Below, piece by piece: positions 34,547 to 45,552 of a DNA stretch of 64,000 bases. Every line of letters begins with the position of its first letter. Within the stretch, counting starts at the first letter, position 1. The notes beneath the pieces are model-generated. The model was not told where the DNA came from. It did no database searches and saw nothing but the letters and a program-made list of their open reading frames with translations. The stretch is taken from IMG/VR virus record IMGVR_UViG_3300044984_003188. One strand, given 5' to 3'. Made by a program: the position numbers and the translations under genes. The stretch comes from a virus.

Positions 34547-36691
34547 ATGATGAATGAGGAACGGAAGATGCTCAAAGCCACCCCACTGATGATCCGATTC
34601 GTTAAGATGCTCCCGGCTGATCAGCGGATCACTGCGGTCGTTCGAGCGGAGCGGGTCTATGCTGCTGCCCTGACTCAGCTGACTCGCTTTGATGACTTCG
34701 GGCACGAGCAGAATGTTGCCATGGCACTCGAGGCGGCTGAAGCCGAACTGGCTTATATGGCAAACCAGCCCTAATCAGGGGTTGACTTTAATCCCAGGTT
34801 GGATTATAAAATGACTATGAACAAGGTGACCGATATGGAAAAGAAGGATAATGATATGAATAGACTGATTCCCGTTGCCCGCCACAATCCCACTGTATTT
34901 GTGCGGAGTGATCTTGTAGCCACCATGAATATTGTGATTCATAGCACACATGTAGAGTTGCAAATCCTTCTTACCCTTGGCACAACGGTGTGTGAGCGGT
35001 TTGACTCACTCACAGAGGCTTCTGATGCTGCGGTGCGCATCTGTAACCTATGCAATCAGGGCAAGTGATGAACTCTTTTAATCCACAAACTGAATGGAAA
35101 GTTGTGCGGCCTGGTGAGATTACACTACCCACCACCGAGCTGACAATTCGTCTCCGGGCTGATTGGGAAGATGGCCATCGTTACCAAATCTTGTGGAAAG
35201 GTAAGGAGGTGGGTGAGAGCATGACTCTTAACTTTGCCAAAACTATAGCACATGATTGGGTGCGTGATCTTTTGACAATGGGAATTGAACCGTAAGGGTG
35301 ACTAAGAATGACTCAAGATGAGTTTGAACAGAAGGAAGCAGAGATCCTTGAGCGCCTTCCGTACCAGCTTAGAAATGCAATCAGCTGGATGGCTTATGAT
35401 CGAGGGCACAGCTGTGGATATGAAGAGATTCTTATCCATGTACGTGAAATGGTAGATGCTCTAGAGCAACCTATTCTTGATCTCATTGATAGTATGCGTT
35501 GACTTTAATTCCAAGTTGGTGTATATATAATCCATAACCTATGGAATAATCTTATGCTAAAAGCTCTATCACTCCTAACCATCTCTGTCACTCTTGCTGG
35601 GTGTGTCGCTGTGCCCGTCGATGACGTATATGGTGCACCATATACGTCATCGTCCGTGATTTATGTTCCACGACCTGTTTATATCCCTCAACCTTACTAT
35701 AACTATAATTCATATAATCCATATTATCGTCCCCGCTATTATAGGCACTATCGTTAAGTCATGAATAATGTGAGGGATGAAGTTAGAGATGATTTGTGGA
35801 ACTGGGTTTATGATAAAACTAATGAAGTTTGTGAGTATGGATATTCATTAGATGTTCTTGCTGCTACAGACTCTATTCTTTTTGGAATATTATTTCCACA
35901 TGATGAGTTTGTTAGAATAGGATTATATAATTTAGATGACCATGGGTAATAATATGCAATGTAATTGTGAAAAGCAAAGCATCACTCGTACCACAGCCTA
36001 TCATAATAAGGGTAAGGGAAAGACTTTTTGTTGCTTTAATTGTGATTCGTGGTTCTTCAGCCACAGACCTACCGCAAGTAAGCACAAGAAGCTTAAGAAG
36101 ATGCGCCGTGTTAAGCCAGCTCATCGTGATTGGCAAGATTGATGCTGTATACTAATATTGAAGTTAGAGATGATTTGTGGGATTCTGCATATGACATTGT
36201 TTATTCTAAAATCAAAACATCATTGACAAGAACAATTGCAGATGATACTTATCATACGATAACCTTCATTAATCATGGGATTAAAACTCCCATTATATGG
36301 GAACTAAAAGATGCAGTTGCTTAAACCGCATATCAATAATATCGGTTCAACTAAGTCTAAACCCTCTGCTAAACAACTTCAGGCTAAAGCAGAACATGAG
36401 GCTTGGCTTAAGCGTAATGGTGTTCATCCAGAACAACTGAAGCACAAGCCAAAAGCCAAGACTACTTTGCCTTCTTATAAAACAGAAAAAGTTCAACTTT
36501 CAAACACAATTGTTGATGGTGGGCGGGATAGGTCCATTATGAGCAATCTCTATAAAGAATCTGTAGCGGTTCAACGTAAGATTCTTGAAAAAGCTAAGCG
36601 TACCGAGATTGCTTATAATAAGGGTGGTCTTGTGTATGTGACTGATGGAATGGATATTAAAACTATGGGAAGTAGGAGTCGACGACCGTGA
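34547..36691 (+). other. Rightward early operon of small hypothetical genes (34547-34774, 34817-35068, 35068-35295, 35308-35502, 35554-35757 lipoprotein-like, 35761-35949, 35954-36142, 36142-36324, 36311-36691)
   Basis: Packed plus-strand ORFs after promoters 34512 and 34782; LAGC lipobox in 35554. Confidence 0.7.
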
Positions 36692-37200
36692 GCACAACTT
36701 TTGTTATCAGTGATACCCATTTTGGGCATGCTAACATTCTCAAGTTTCTAAATGAGGATGGTTCACGTGTTCGCCCAAACTGGGAAGATGTTGACGTGAT
36801 GAATGAAGATATGATCAATCGCTGGAATCATATCGTGGCACCAAATGATAAGGTTTATCATCTTGGTGATGTTGTAATCAATCGACGTTATCTAAATCTA
36901 GTTGATCGCTTGAACGGCAAGAAGGAACTGGTCTTAGGCAATCATGATATCTTTGAGACCACTGACTTCTTGAAGCACTTCAAGCGTGTTCATGGATCAG
37001 TGAAGTTTGATTCATTGGTGCTAACACATATTCCGGTTCATCCTACAATGCTACCGCGGTGGGCACTTGGGAATGTTCATGGGCATGTGCACTGCAATTC
37101 TCTTTCTGATCCACTCTATAAGAATGTATCAGTAGAGGTCATTGATTATGTACCAATGCCTATGGATAATATTTTAGAGGAAATGCGTAAAAATCTCTAA
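36688..37200 (+). CDS. Calcineurin-like metallophosphoesterase
   Basis: SDTHFGH, HLGD, GNHD, HGHVH. Confidence 0.92.
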   Translation: MSTTFVISDTHFGHANILKFLNEDGSRVRPNWEDVDVMNEDMINRWNHIVAPNDKVYHLGDVVINRRYLNLVDRLNGKKELVLGNHDIFETTDFLKHFKRVHGSVKFDSLVLTHIPVHPTMLPRWALGNVHGHVHCNSLSDPLYKNVSVEVIDYVPMPMDNILEEMRKNL

Positions 37201-37274
37201 AAAACTCCTAAATAAAATATTGACTTTTTCTTAAAGTCTGGTATAATCTCATTGAGGATAAAAGGATATATCTA

Positions 37275-37466
37275 ATGGCTACCGCTAAAAACAACCAATT
37301 TCTAGTGACCTTTACCCAAAAGATCACTGACTCGACATCACCAGACTATGGTTATGTTGTTGAGAACTCAATGAAATTTAAGTCGTTTGATGCGGCCCAT
37401 ACCTTTATCCGTAGTCTGACTCGAGTCAATCTAATTGGTAAGCCCGTAATTGAGGAGATTAATTGA
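37275..37466 (+). CDS. Hypothetical protein
   Basis: TTGACT/TATAAT promoter and AAGGA SD upstream. Confidence 0.65.
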   Translation: MATAKNNQFLVTFTQKITDSTSPDYGYVVENSMKFKSFDAAHTFIRSLTRVNLIGKPVIEEIN

Positions 37467-37577
37467 TATGTCTAACGTGAAGATGATTACTCGCTATGAT
37501 ATTACAACTCACACTTGGCTTCTAGGTTATTATTCTGGTTGGCGTTGGGTTACTGTGGGTTCCTGGAAGAATGCTGC

Positions 37578-37868
37578 TTAATCCAACTCTTCATTAGCTT
37601 CAGCGGTCGTCTTGGCTTTCTCAAGGAAAGCTTTGACGGCCGTTAAGCTATTTTTACATTCTAAATTATTGGTGTGTAGTTGAATTAAAAGCTTTGCTAC
37701 TTGAATATCTGTGAGTGTTTGTGAATTTGGAAATAATGCTATTGTTGGGCATCTATACATTTTTTCATCTGGTAATACAACTAGTTGTTTTTGTTTAGTA
37801 ATGAACTGTTGTGGTTCAGAAGCACAACCAGATAAAAATATAACAATAGCAGCTAATAGGATTCTCAT
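37578..37868 (-). CDS. Outer-membrane spanin lipoprotein (Rz1-like)
   Basis: Lipobox LSGC; Pro and Cys pattern; overlaps upstream i-spanin-like gene. Confidence 0.65.
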   Translation of the reverse strand: MRILLAAIVIFLSGCASEPQQFITKQKQLVVLPDEKMYRCPTIALFPNSQTLTDIQVAKLLIQLHTNNLECKNSLTAVKAFLEKAKTTAEANEELD

Positions 37869-38242
37869 TTATTCTTCTCCAAAGACTTTGCAAGTCCCTC
37901 AACTGTATTTTTAAGAATATCAGAAGCAGGTCTATCATTTCTTTTAGCATCAGTTGATCCTAGATAAGTGGACACTGATTCAAGTTTTCTTGATATTTTT
38001 TGATTTTCTTCTAAAAGATCCCGTGCTGCTTCTTGTTGTACTTTTGATATTTTTTCTTGTTTTTCCAAGAAGTCTTGTTGATCTTTAAGTGATTGCTCCA
38101 TTTGTTTTTGATTAAAATCCATTAGTGCTTGGCGCTCTATATCTCTTTTCCAAGCATAATAAATACCACAACCTGATCCAATTAGAGTAATTGCTATAAA
38201 AACATATATTACTATTTTGCTTCCGCTGAATATCCCTAGCAT
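37865..38242 (-). CDS. Inner-membrane spanin (Rz-like)
   Basis: N-terminal TM helix then coiled coil. Confidence 0.6.
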   Translation of the reverse strand: MLGIFSGSKIVIYVFIAITLIGSGCGIYYAWKRDIERQALMDFNQKQMEQSLKDQQDFLEKQEKISKVQQEAARDLLEENQKISRKLESVSTYLGSTDAKRNDRPASDILKNTVEGLAKSLEKNK

Positions 38243-38264
38243 ATTTTTTTCCTTAGGAACTTAA

Positions 38265-38456
38265 ATGTATATTTTAGAAGAAGATTTTGTAAAGTTAGCA
38301 TCTGAAGAATTTGAGTATGGAAGCTCATATGCCCATTTGTTGAGCATTGGTGAACTATTCAAAGAAGCTGGATTAACACCGATCTATATTTATGATCCTG
38401 AAGAAAATAGTGTTTATATAACAACAAAAGAAAAAAGTGAAAATACTTTTCACTAA
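38265..38456 (+). CDS. Hypothetical protein
   Basis: 63-aa ORF with SD. Confidence 0.6.
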   Translation: MYILEEDFVKLASEEFEYGSSYAHLLSIGELFKEAGLTPIYIYDPEENSVYITTKEKSENTFH

Positions 38457-38547
38457 TTGTTGACAAATGTTGATTGTGGTGTATAAATAATCTTGGATTG
38501 CCTTATGGGATCCAAATATCAATAACCTTGCTTTTAGGAGGTATCAC

Positions 38548-39021
38548 ATGACCTTATGGAAAACTTATAATTTCGACACATCTAATATTGACCGCTATTT
38601 TGTAGGCGTTGATACTATGATGAAAAAAATGGTGGATGGTGCGGCATTTGTCGCCAATACAGCAATGTCTAATTTCCCACCTTACAATATCAAAAAGATT
38701 CAAGACAATAAGTATGTCATCGAGATGGCTGTTGCTGGATTTGGCAAACAGGATCTTGAGATTACTTTAGAAGATAATAAACTCTTAATTAAGGGTAACA
38801 CTTCTTTAAACACAAAAGATAAAGAGGGAACGCAATATCTATACCAAGGCATTGCTGCACGTAATTTTGCTCGTGCATTCACTCTAGCTGATAATGTTGA
38901 GATTCAAAATGCTGAACTTATTAATGGCATGCTTCGTGTCTGGCTAGATACCATAACACAAAAACCAAATGTAAAAAATATTGAAGTGGTTGAAAAAACC
39001 GAGCAAAAAACAAAAGAATAA
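38548..39021 (+). CDS. Small heat-shock protein Hsp20 (IbpA-like)
   Basis: FPPYNI, IEMAVAGF, YLYQGIAARNFARAFTLAD, NGML. Confidence 0.95.
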   Translation: MTLWKTYNFDTSNIDRYFVGVDTMMKKMVDGAAFVANTAMSNFPPYNIKKIQDNKYVIEMAVAGFGKQDLEITLEDNKLLIKGNTSLNTKDKEGTQYLYQGIAARNFARAFTLADNVEIQNAELINGMLRVWLDTITQKPNVKNIEVVEKTEQKTKE

Positions 39022-39030
39022 GAGAAAAAA

Positions 39031-39207
39031 ATGATTAAAAATATTTGGGGTCGCCTTGTTAGGCGACTCCGTGCTATTAATGCGTATTACAGTGTCCATA
39101 ATGACCTGGGTCGCTTATCAAACAGAAGTTTAGCAGATATTGGTATATCTAGATGCCAAATTGACTATTTTGCAATTAGGGCATATTACAAAGCTAAGGA
39201 AGGTTAA
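39031..39207 (+). CDS. DUF1127-family small protein (58 aa, not in ORF track)
   Basis: Hand translation contains LGRLSNRSLADIGISRCQI, the DUF1127 signature. Confidence 0.8.
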   Translation: MIKNIWGRLVRRLRAINAYYSVHNDLGRLSNRSLADIGISRCQIDYFAIRAYYKAKEG

Positions 39208-39344
39208 CATGATTTATAAACTATTCGAATTATTTACAATTTACACTGAATCTTTAAATGTTAAGCCAACAGTAGATAATAGAGAAGCTAAAGCAATTAG
39301 ACGTGAACTAGAGTCTAAACAAACACCACATAACATCTAAATAC

Positions 39345-39372
39345 TGGGGCATTTATTGCCCCTTTATTTTTT
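39345..39372 (+). terminator. Rho-independent terminator
   Basis: GGGGCA-tttat-TGCCCC then T-run. Confidence 0.7.
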
Positions 39373-39383
39373 AGGAGAAAATA

Positions 39384-39995
39384 ATGATTACATTAGAATT
39401 GCTACAAGGAATGTTTCCGAGAACCAAGGCATTAGTTCTAGAAACATATGTTGATCCACTGAATGAAGTATGTGGTAAATTTGAAATCAACACAACAGAA
39501 AGAATTGCAATGTTTCTTGCTCAAGTTGGGCATGAATCAGGTGGTCTTAGTGTTATTCAAGAGAATTTAAACTATAGGGCTGAAAGATTAGCGGTTGTAT
39601 TTCCAAAATATTTTAAAGATGTAAATACCTCAACCTATGCTCATAATCCAGAAAAGATTGCTAATAGAGTCTACGCTAGTAGAATGGGCAATGGCAATGA
39701 AGCATCTGGTGATGGTTATAAGTATCGTGGGCGTGGTTTGATTCAGCTCACTGGTCGCAATAACTATGCTTCTTTTGCTTCAGATATGGGTATGAGTATT
39801 GATGAAGCGGTTGAATATCTTTCCACACCCGAAGGTGCTACCATGTCGGCTGGCTGGTATTGGAATAAAAATAATCTTAACCAATGGGCAGATAATTCAG
39901 ATGTACTTACCGTCACTAAAAAGATTAATGGTGGTACTATTGGTCTAGCTGAAAGAGAACATCTTTTCCATTATGGTATGACTCTTTTGGGTTGA
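39384..39995 (+). CDS. Glycoside hydrolase family 19 endolysin
   Basis: FLAQVGHESGG, YRGRGLIQLTGRNNY, TKKINGG. Confidence 0.93.
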   Translation: MITLELLQGMFPRTKALVLETYVDPLNEVCGKFEINTTERIAMFLAQVGHESGGLSVIQENLNYRAERLAVVFPKYFKDVNTSTYAHNPEKIANRVYASRMGNGNEASGDGYKYRGRGLIQLTGRNNYASFASDMGMSIDEAVEYLSTPEGATMSAGWYWNKNNLNQWADNSDVLTVTKKINGGTIGLAEREHLFHYGMTLLG

Positions 39996-40046
39996 CATTT
40001 GGGATAGGGTGTAATAATATTACTCTTGGTATTCCTGGAGAAGCAT

Positions 40047-42557
40047 ATGTCGGTTTTTTATACTAATGTCTTTAGCCGTGGTGATCGTGTATTTGTTCGT
40101 GGCTATCGTAATGGGCGCCGCTTTGCGGAAATTGTTAATTACAAACCCTATCTCTTTATTCCAGCTAGGAAAGAATCACGCACCGAGTTTCGAACTCTAG
40201 ATGGTAAACCTGTCGAAAAACTAGAGTTCGACTCTATTTCTGATACCCGTGAATTTCTAAAGCGATACGATGGTGTGGATAATATGGAAATCCATGGGTT
40301 ATCCAATTTTCCATATCTCTATATCTACGATAATTATCGTGGTGAAATCAACTATGATTCATCCAAAATCAATATCATCTCTCTTGATATTGAAACACGT
40401 AGTGATGATGGATTTCCAAATATTGAAACCGCAGATAAAGAAGTAACTGCTATTACAATTTCACGTCGTGGTGAAATGATCGTATTTGGTCTGAAGCCTT
40501 ATAAGCCAAAATCAGATAAAATTACTTATATTCATTGTAAGGATGAGTGGGAACTATTGGATAAGTTCCTACATGTTTGGCAATCTGGTCGATTCCTCCC
40601 TGATGTTCTTACTGGATGGAATATTGAGTTCTTTGATATTCCCTACCTTGTGAATAGGATTACAAATATCCTAGGCAAGGAACAAGCTAAAAAACTATCT
40701 CCATGGGGAATCCTTGAGGAACGTAAAATTGTTTCACATGGTAAGGAAAATACTACCTACACTCCTGCCGGCATCAACGTTCTAGACTATCTTCAATTAT
40801 ACAAGAAGTTTTCATTTGGTAATGAGGAAAGCTATAAGCTTGATAACATTGCTGAAGTGGTTCTTGGTGAGCGCAAGGTGGATTATAAGTCCATGGGTTA
40901 TGAATCACTAGAGGATCTATATCAACGCAATCCGGAACTATTCTTTGATTATAACATTCAGGACACAGCACTGATTGATCGCTTTGAGGAAAAGCTTGGG
41001 TTCATTGAATTAGTCATGGCTTTTGCATATGATGCTAAAGTCAACTATGTTGATACCATGACCACAGTGAAGCCATGGGATATTATTGTTCATAATTATC
41101 TTATGGATCGGTGTATTGTTGTTCCTCAGTTTAGTAAAAAAACAAATGATGTGCAACTTATGGGTGGTCACGTTAAGGAAATTAAGCCTGGTATGTATCG
41201 TTGGGTGGTTTCTTTTGACTTGACTTCACTTTACCCACATCTTATCATGCACTATAATATCTCACCAGAGACTAAGGTTGGGCGTGAACAATATTGGCCT
41301 GTTCTTAATTCCTTAATTAGTGGTCATGCAGTTGTAGAAGATCATGGATATTCATATGCGGCAAATGGTGTAAAATTTACCAAGCAAAAGCAGGGCTTTG
41401 CACCAGCACTTATGGAAAAGATGTTTAATGATCGTGCCAAGTATAAAGACAAAATGCTTGAAGCCAAAAAGAAACTAGAGACTACTGCTCTAGACTCTCT
41501 GGAACGAAAAATGACTACTAATGAAGTTGCTAGATATCATAATCTACAGCTTGCAAAAAAGATCCAATTGAACAGTTTCTATGGTGCTCTATCAAATCAA
41601 TATTTCCGTTGGTTCGATTTTGATATGGCAGAGGCTATCACTTCCTCTGGTCAGCTTGCTATTCAGTGGGTTGAACGATATATCAATGAATATCTTAACA
41701 CCGTTCTTAAAACCAAAGCAGTTGATTATGTGATTGCATCCGACACAGACTCACTCTATATTAATATGGAACCACTAGTAAATATTCTAGGGGTCGCCGA
41801 TCCTCTAAAAATTGTAGAAGTGTTAGATAAGTTTTGCAATACAAAGATTCAAAATGTAATTAAAAAATCTTTTGATGATTTAGCAGATTACATGCATTCC
41901 TATGATAAAAAGATGTTTATGAAGCGTGAAACAATTGCTGATAAGGGTATCTGGAAAGCAGCAAAGATGTACATTCTAAATGCCTGGAATATTGAGGGTG
42001 TTCAATTTACTGAACCACAACTTAAAATTCAAGGTATTGAAGCCGTTCGATCCTCTACTCCTAAAGTATGCCGAGCACACATTAAAAAGTGTCTCAGTAT
42101 TATTATGAATAATGATGAGGAAACTCTACATCAATTCATTGATAGGTTTAGGAATGATTTCATGAAACTTCCATTTGAGGATGTTGCATTTCCACGTGGT
42201 ATGAATGGGATGGAAAAGTATCATGATCGTAATACTATCTATTCTAAAGGCACTCCAATTCATGTAAAGGGTGCTCTACTTTATAATAACTTGATTAAAA
42301 AACGTGAGCTTGATAAGAAATATCAACTCATTGGTGATGGTGACAAAATCAAGTTTGCCTATCTGAAATTACCAAATCCACTTATGGAGCACGTTATTTC
42401 TGTTCCTGATGAACTACCTGAGGAACTTGATTTCACAAAATATATTGACTATGATTCTCAGTTTAACAAGTCTTTTCTAGAACCAATCAAGGGCATTGTA
42501 GAAATTATTGGTTGGGATGTAGAAAAGCGTAGCACATTGGAGTCGTTCTTTGGCTAA
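40047..42557 (+). CDS. 43: Family B DNA polymerase (T4 gp43)
   Basis: Exo DIET; SFDLTSLYPH; KIQLNSFYG; SDTDS. Confidence 0.98.
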   Translation: MSVFYTNVFSRGDRVFVRGYRNGRRFAEIVNYKPYLFIPARKESRTEFRTLDGKPVEKLEFDSISDTREFLKRYDGVDNMEIHGLSNFPYLYIYDNYRGEINYDSSKINIISLDIETRSDDGFPNIETADKEVTAITISRRGEMIVFGLKPYKPKSDKITYIHCKDEWELLDKFLHVWQSGRFLPDVLTGWNIEFFDIPYLVNRITNILGKEQAKKLSPWGILEERKIVSHGKENTTYTPAGINVLDYLQLYKKFSFGNEESYKLDNIAEVVLGERKVDYKSMGYESLEDLYQRNPELFFDYNIQDTALIDRFEEKLGFIELVMAFAYDAKVNYVDTMTTVKPWDIIVHNYLMDRCIVVPQFSKKTNDVQLMGGHVKEIKPGMYRWVVSFDLTSLYPHLIMHYNISPETKVGREQYWPVLNSLISGHAVVEDHGYSYAANGVKFTKQKQGFAPALMEKMFNDRAKYKDKMLEAKKKLETTALDSLERKMTTNEVARYHNLQLAKKIQLNSFYGALSNQYFRWFDFDMAEAITSSGQLAIQWVERYINEYLNTVLKTKAVDYVIASDTDSLYINMEPLVNILGVADPLKIVEVLDKFCNTKIQNVIKKSFDDLADYMHSYDKKMFMKRETIADKGIWKAAKMYILNAWNIEGVQFTEPQLKIQGIEAVRSSTPKVCRAHIKKCLSIIMNNDEETLHQFIDRFRNDFMKLPFEDVAFPRGMNGMEKYHDRNTIYSKGTPIHVKGALLYNNLIKKRELDKKYQLIGDGDKIKFAYLKLPNPLMEHVISVPDELPEELDFTKYIDYDSQFNKSFLEPIKGIVEIIGWDVEKRSTLESFFG

Positions 42558-42858
42558 GTACGATTATGGCGCTGGATGCCCATGTGGATTATATCGTGAA
42601 TGTGAACCAAATTGTGAATATAAGGAAATAAAAATGCAAGAGCATGACTTTGGATTCTCATTTGCAGATTCTACTGAACTTACAGCTGAAATTGATACCG
42701 CAACCGAAAAGCTCGAAAAGCTTAGGGCTATGATTTTACCATTCTTAAAAAATTTAAAGCAAAATCCTGAAAAGGATATTATTAAATGGAATGGTAAAGA
42801 TAGAATCAAGAAAATTGATGAGTTTATTGGAAAGATCAATGTTTTGGTTGACAGTTGA
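42550..42858 (+). CDS. Hypothetical protein
   Basis: DFGFSF motif; true start may be 42634. Confidence 0.6.
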   Translation: MAKYDYGAGCPCGLYRECEPNCEYKEIKMQEHDFGFSFADSTELTAEIDTATEKLEKLRAMILPFLKNLKQNPEKDIIKWNGKDRIKKIDEFIGKINVLVDS

Positions 42859-42904
42859 CATTGACTAATATATAATTCATTATTGCAGATATATTGGAGA
42901 AATT

Positions 42905-43945
42905 ATGAACGATTTACGTTCTCGTCTTATTAAAAATAGCACAGTTGATTTTACTTCCACACTTACGGATTCAAAGATCTTTAATAAAAAGGATATGATC
43001 CACACACCAGTTCCTGGCATTAATATTGCTCTGAGTGGTAATTTGGATGGTGGACTTACACCAGGCCTATTGGTTCTAGCGGCACCATCAAAACACTTTA
43101 AAACCGCTTTCAGTCTTCTTATGGCTTCTTCATTTATTAAGAAATACCCTGACGGTATAATTCTATTTTATGATTCAGAATTTGGCACACCAGAATCTTA
43201 TTTTACTTCATTTGGTGTTCCACTAGAATCCGTTGTCCACACACCAATTACGGATATTGAACAATTAAAGTTTGATATTATGCAACAATTGAGTGAACTT
43301 AAGCGTGAAGATAAAGTTATGATTGTGGTTGACTCCGTGGGCAATCTTGCTTCAAAGAAAGAAGTAGAGGATGCTCTAAAAGGAAGTTCTGCTGCTGATA
43401 TGACTCGGGCTAAACAACTCAAGTCACTATTCAGAATGGTAACACCTCATCTAACGCTTAAAGACATTCCTATGGTTGTTGTAAATCATATCTATATGAC
43501 ACAGGAACTATATTCTAAGGCAGTTGTCAGTGGTGGCACCGGTGTATATTATTCTGCCGATAACATTTGGATCATCGGTCGTCAACAAGATAAGGATGAT
43601 AAAGAACTTAAAGGTTATCACTTTATTATCAATGTTGAAAAATCTAGATATGTAAAAGAAAAATCTAAGATTCCCATTACAGTAAATTTTGATTCTGGTA
43701 TCAATAAGTGGTCGGGATTCCTTGACTTAGCTCTGGAAGCAGGGTATATTACAAAACCAAAGCAAGGTTGGTATGCAACTTTGAATAAAGAAACTGGTGA
43801 ACTAGGTCCAAATAAGCGTGCAGCAGATATTATTGATAACAATGATTTCTGGAAAACTCTTCTAGAAAACACAGACTTCTCAACTTGGATTAAAAACAAG
43901 TATAGTTTATCATCAACTGATATGATTGAAGAAGAAAATGAATGA
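42905..43945 (+). CDS. uvsX: RecA-like recombinase UvsX
   Basis: APSKHFKT, YDSEFG, DSVGNLAS, DMTRAKQLKSLFR. Confidence 0.97.
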   Translation: MNDLRSRLIKNSTVDFTSTLTDSKIFNKKDMIHTPVPGINIALSGNLDGGLTPGLLVLAAPSKHFKTAFSLLMASSFIKKYPDGIILFYDSEFGTPESYFTSFGVPLESVVHTPITDIEQLKFDIMQQLSELKREDKVMIVVDSVGNLASKKEVEDALKGSSAADMTRAKQLKSLFRMVTPHLTLKDIPMVVVNHIYMTQELYSKAVVSGGTGVYYSADNIWIIGRQQDKDDKELKGYHFIINVEKSRYVKEKSKIPITVNFDSGINKWSGFLDLALEAGYITKPKQGWYATLNKETGELGPNKRAADIIDNNDFWKTLLENTDFSTWIKNKYSLSSTDMIEEENE

Positions 43946-44195
43946 TAAAAATTGGCTGAATACATTCTATAGTACCGATGGTAGAAAATATGCTGTAATT
44001 AATTCTATATCAAATTCAATTTATGTAGAATTTTATCAAGATGAAGTGATAGTGGGTGGTGTGGAAATCAAAGAGCATAACACCCACTATGCACAATCTA
44101 TTGCCGAAAATTTCTGTAATGGTATACTTAAACTAAAGCCATGGAGCTCCAATGAGTCTATCAAATCTGATCTTTGCGAATCTAATAAACAGTGA
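43938..44195 (+). CDS. Hypothetical protein
   Basis: ORF between uvsX and helicase. Confidence 0.55.
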   Translation: MNDKNWLNTFYSTDGRKYAVINSISNSIYVEFYQDEVIVGGVEIKEHNTHYAQSIAENFCNGILKLKPWSSNESIKSDLCESNKQ

Positions 44196-45552
44196 AGAAT
44201 ATGGTCGCAAAGTTCTTCCTTATATAAAAGAAGAATATTTTGAAACTTACTCAGACAAAGTATTATTCAATGTTATCAATGCATATGTTGAAAAATATAA
44301 TAAATTTCCAAATGAACAAGCTATTAAATTTGATCTCGATTCAATGCAACTTGATGATCGAATTTTTAAAGAATGCAAGGAAAAACTTGGTGAGCTTGAA
44401 TATGATGCTACTAAGGATTTAGAGTGGGTAATTGACAAGACAGAAAAATTCTGTCAAGAGAGAGCAGTATATAATGCGATCATGTCTAGTATTCAAATTC
44501 TAGACAATAAGGATCCAAAGAATAATCGTGGTTCAATCCCAAAGATCCTACAGGATGCTCTAGGTGTAAGCTTTGATACTCACATTGGACATGATTTCTT
44601 TGATGATTCCGATCCTCGCTTTGAATACTATCATAGGACTGAAGATAGAGTCCCATTCCGTATTGATTATCTCAATAAAATTACTAAGGGTGGTCTTCCA
44701 AAAAAGACTCTGAATGTAATTCTTGCAGGACCACATGTTGGTAAATCACTATTCATGTGTTCAACTGCTGCTGGTAATCTTCTTGATGGAAAGAATGTTC
44801 TCTACATCACAATGGAAATGGCTGAGGAAGAAATTGCTCGGCGTATTGATGCTAATATTCTAGATATTCCCATTGAAGAACTAGATACTATTTCCAAAGA
44901 ACTCTTTGATAAAAAGATAGCTCGAGTCAAGGGTAAGACTTCAGGTAAACTTATTATCAAAGAATATCCAACTTCTACAGCTGGTTCTGCAAACTTCCGT
45001 CATCTTTTGATGGAACTAAAGCTGAAAAAGAACTTCATTCCTGATATCATTTATATTGATTATCTAAACATCTGTGCAAGTTCAAGATTGAAAATGGGTT
45101 CCAATGTCAATAGTTATACGTATGTAAAAGCTATTGCTGAAGAATTAAGAGGTCTTGCTGTTGAATTTAATGTTCCAATTGTTTCAGCAACACAAACCAC
45201 AAGGTCTGGTTTTGGAAATTCAGATGTTGATATCACTGATACATCAGAGTCTTTTGCTCTTCCAGCAACTGTAGACTTCATGCTTGCTCTAGTAAGTTCT
45301 GAAGAACTTGAAGCGCTAGAACAAATCATGGCTAAACAGTTGAAAAACCGATATACCAATCTACATAAATGCAAGCGCTTTGTTTTAGGGGTTGACAAAA
45401 TTAAAATGAAGTTGTATAATGTGGAAGAATCTGCACAAGATCTGGTGGATGATTCACCTGTAATGGACAAAGGAAATTTCGGCGAGAGAGAAAAAGCTAC
45501 TAACCGAAAAAAATCTAAGTTTGAACTGCAACAATTTGAGGATTTTAAGTGA
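44152..45552 (+). CDS. 41: Replicative DNA helicase (T4 gp41)
   Basis: AGPHVGKS, IKEYPT, IDYLNIC, SATQTTR, SESFALP. Confidence 0.97.
   Translation: MSLSNLIFANLINSEEYGRKVLPYIKEEYFETYSDKVLFNVINAYVEKYNKFPNEQAIKFDLDSMQLDDRIFKECKEKLGELEYDATKDLEWVIDKTEKFCQERAVYNAIMSSIQILDNKDPKNNRGSIPKILQDALGVSFDTHIGHDFFDDSDPRFEYYHRTEDRVPFRIDYLNKITKGGLPKKTLNVILAGPHVGKSLFMCSTAAGNLLDGKNVLYITMEMAEEEIARRIDANILDIPIEELDTISKELFDKKIARVKGKTSGKLIIKEYPTSTAGSANFRHLLMELKLKKNFIPDIIYIDYLNICASSRLKMGSNVNSYTYVKAIAEELRGLAVEFNVPIVSATQTTRSGFGNSDVDITDTSESFALPATVDFMLALVSSEELEALEQIMAKQLKNRYTNLHKCKRFVLGVDKIKMKLYNVEESAQDLVDDSPVMDKGNFGEREKATNRKKSKFELQQFEDFK

Noticed and set aside
3061-34570. Conserved leaderless MMNE/MNK N-terminal peptide on early genes
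   Set aside because: The ATG at +1 is often in frame, but copies at ~34107 and ~33575 hit a stop within 4-6 codons, so it is better explained as promoter/leader sequence before an SD-led start.
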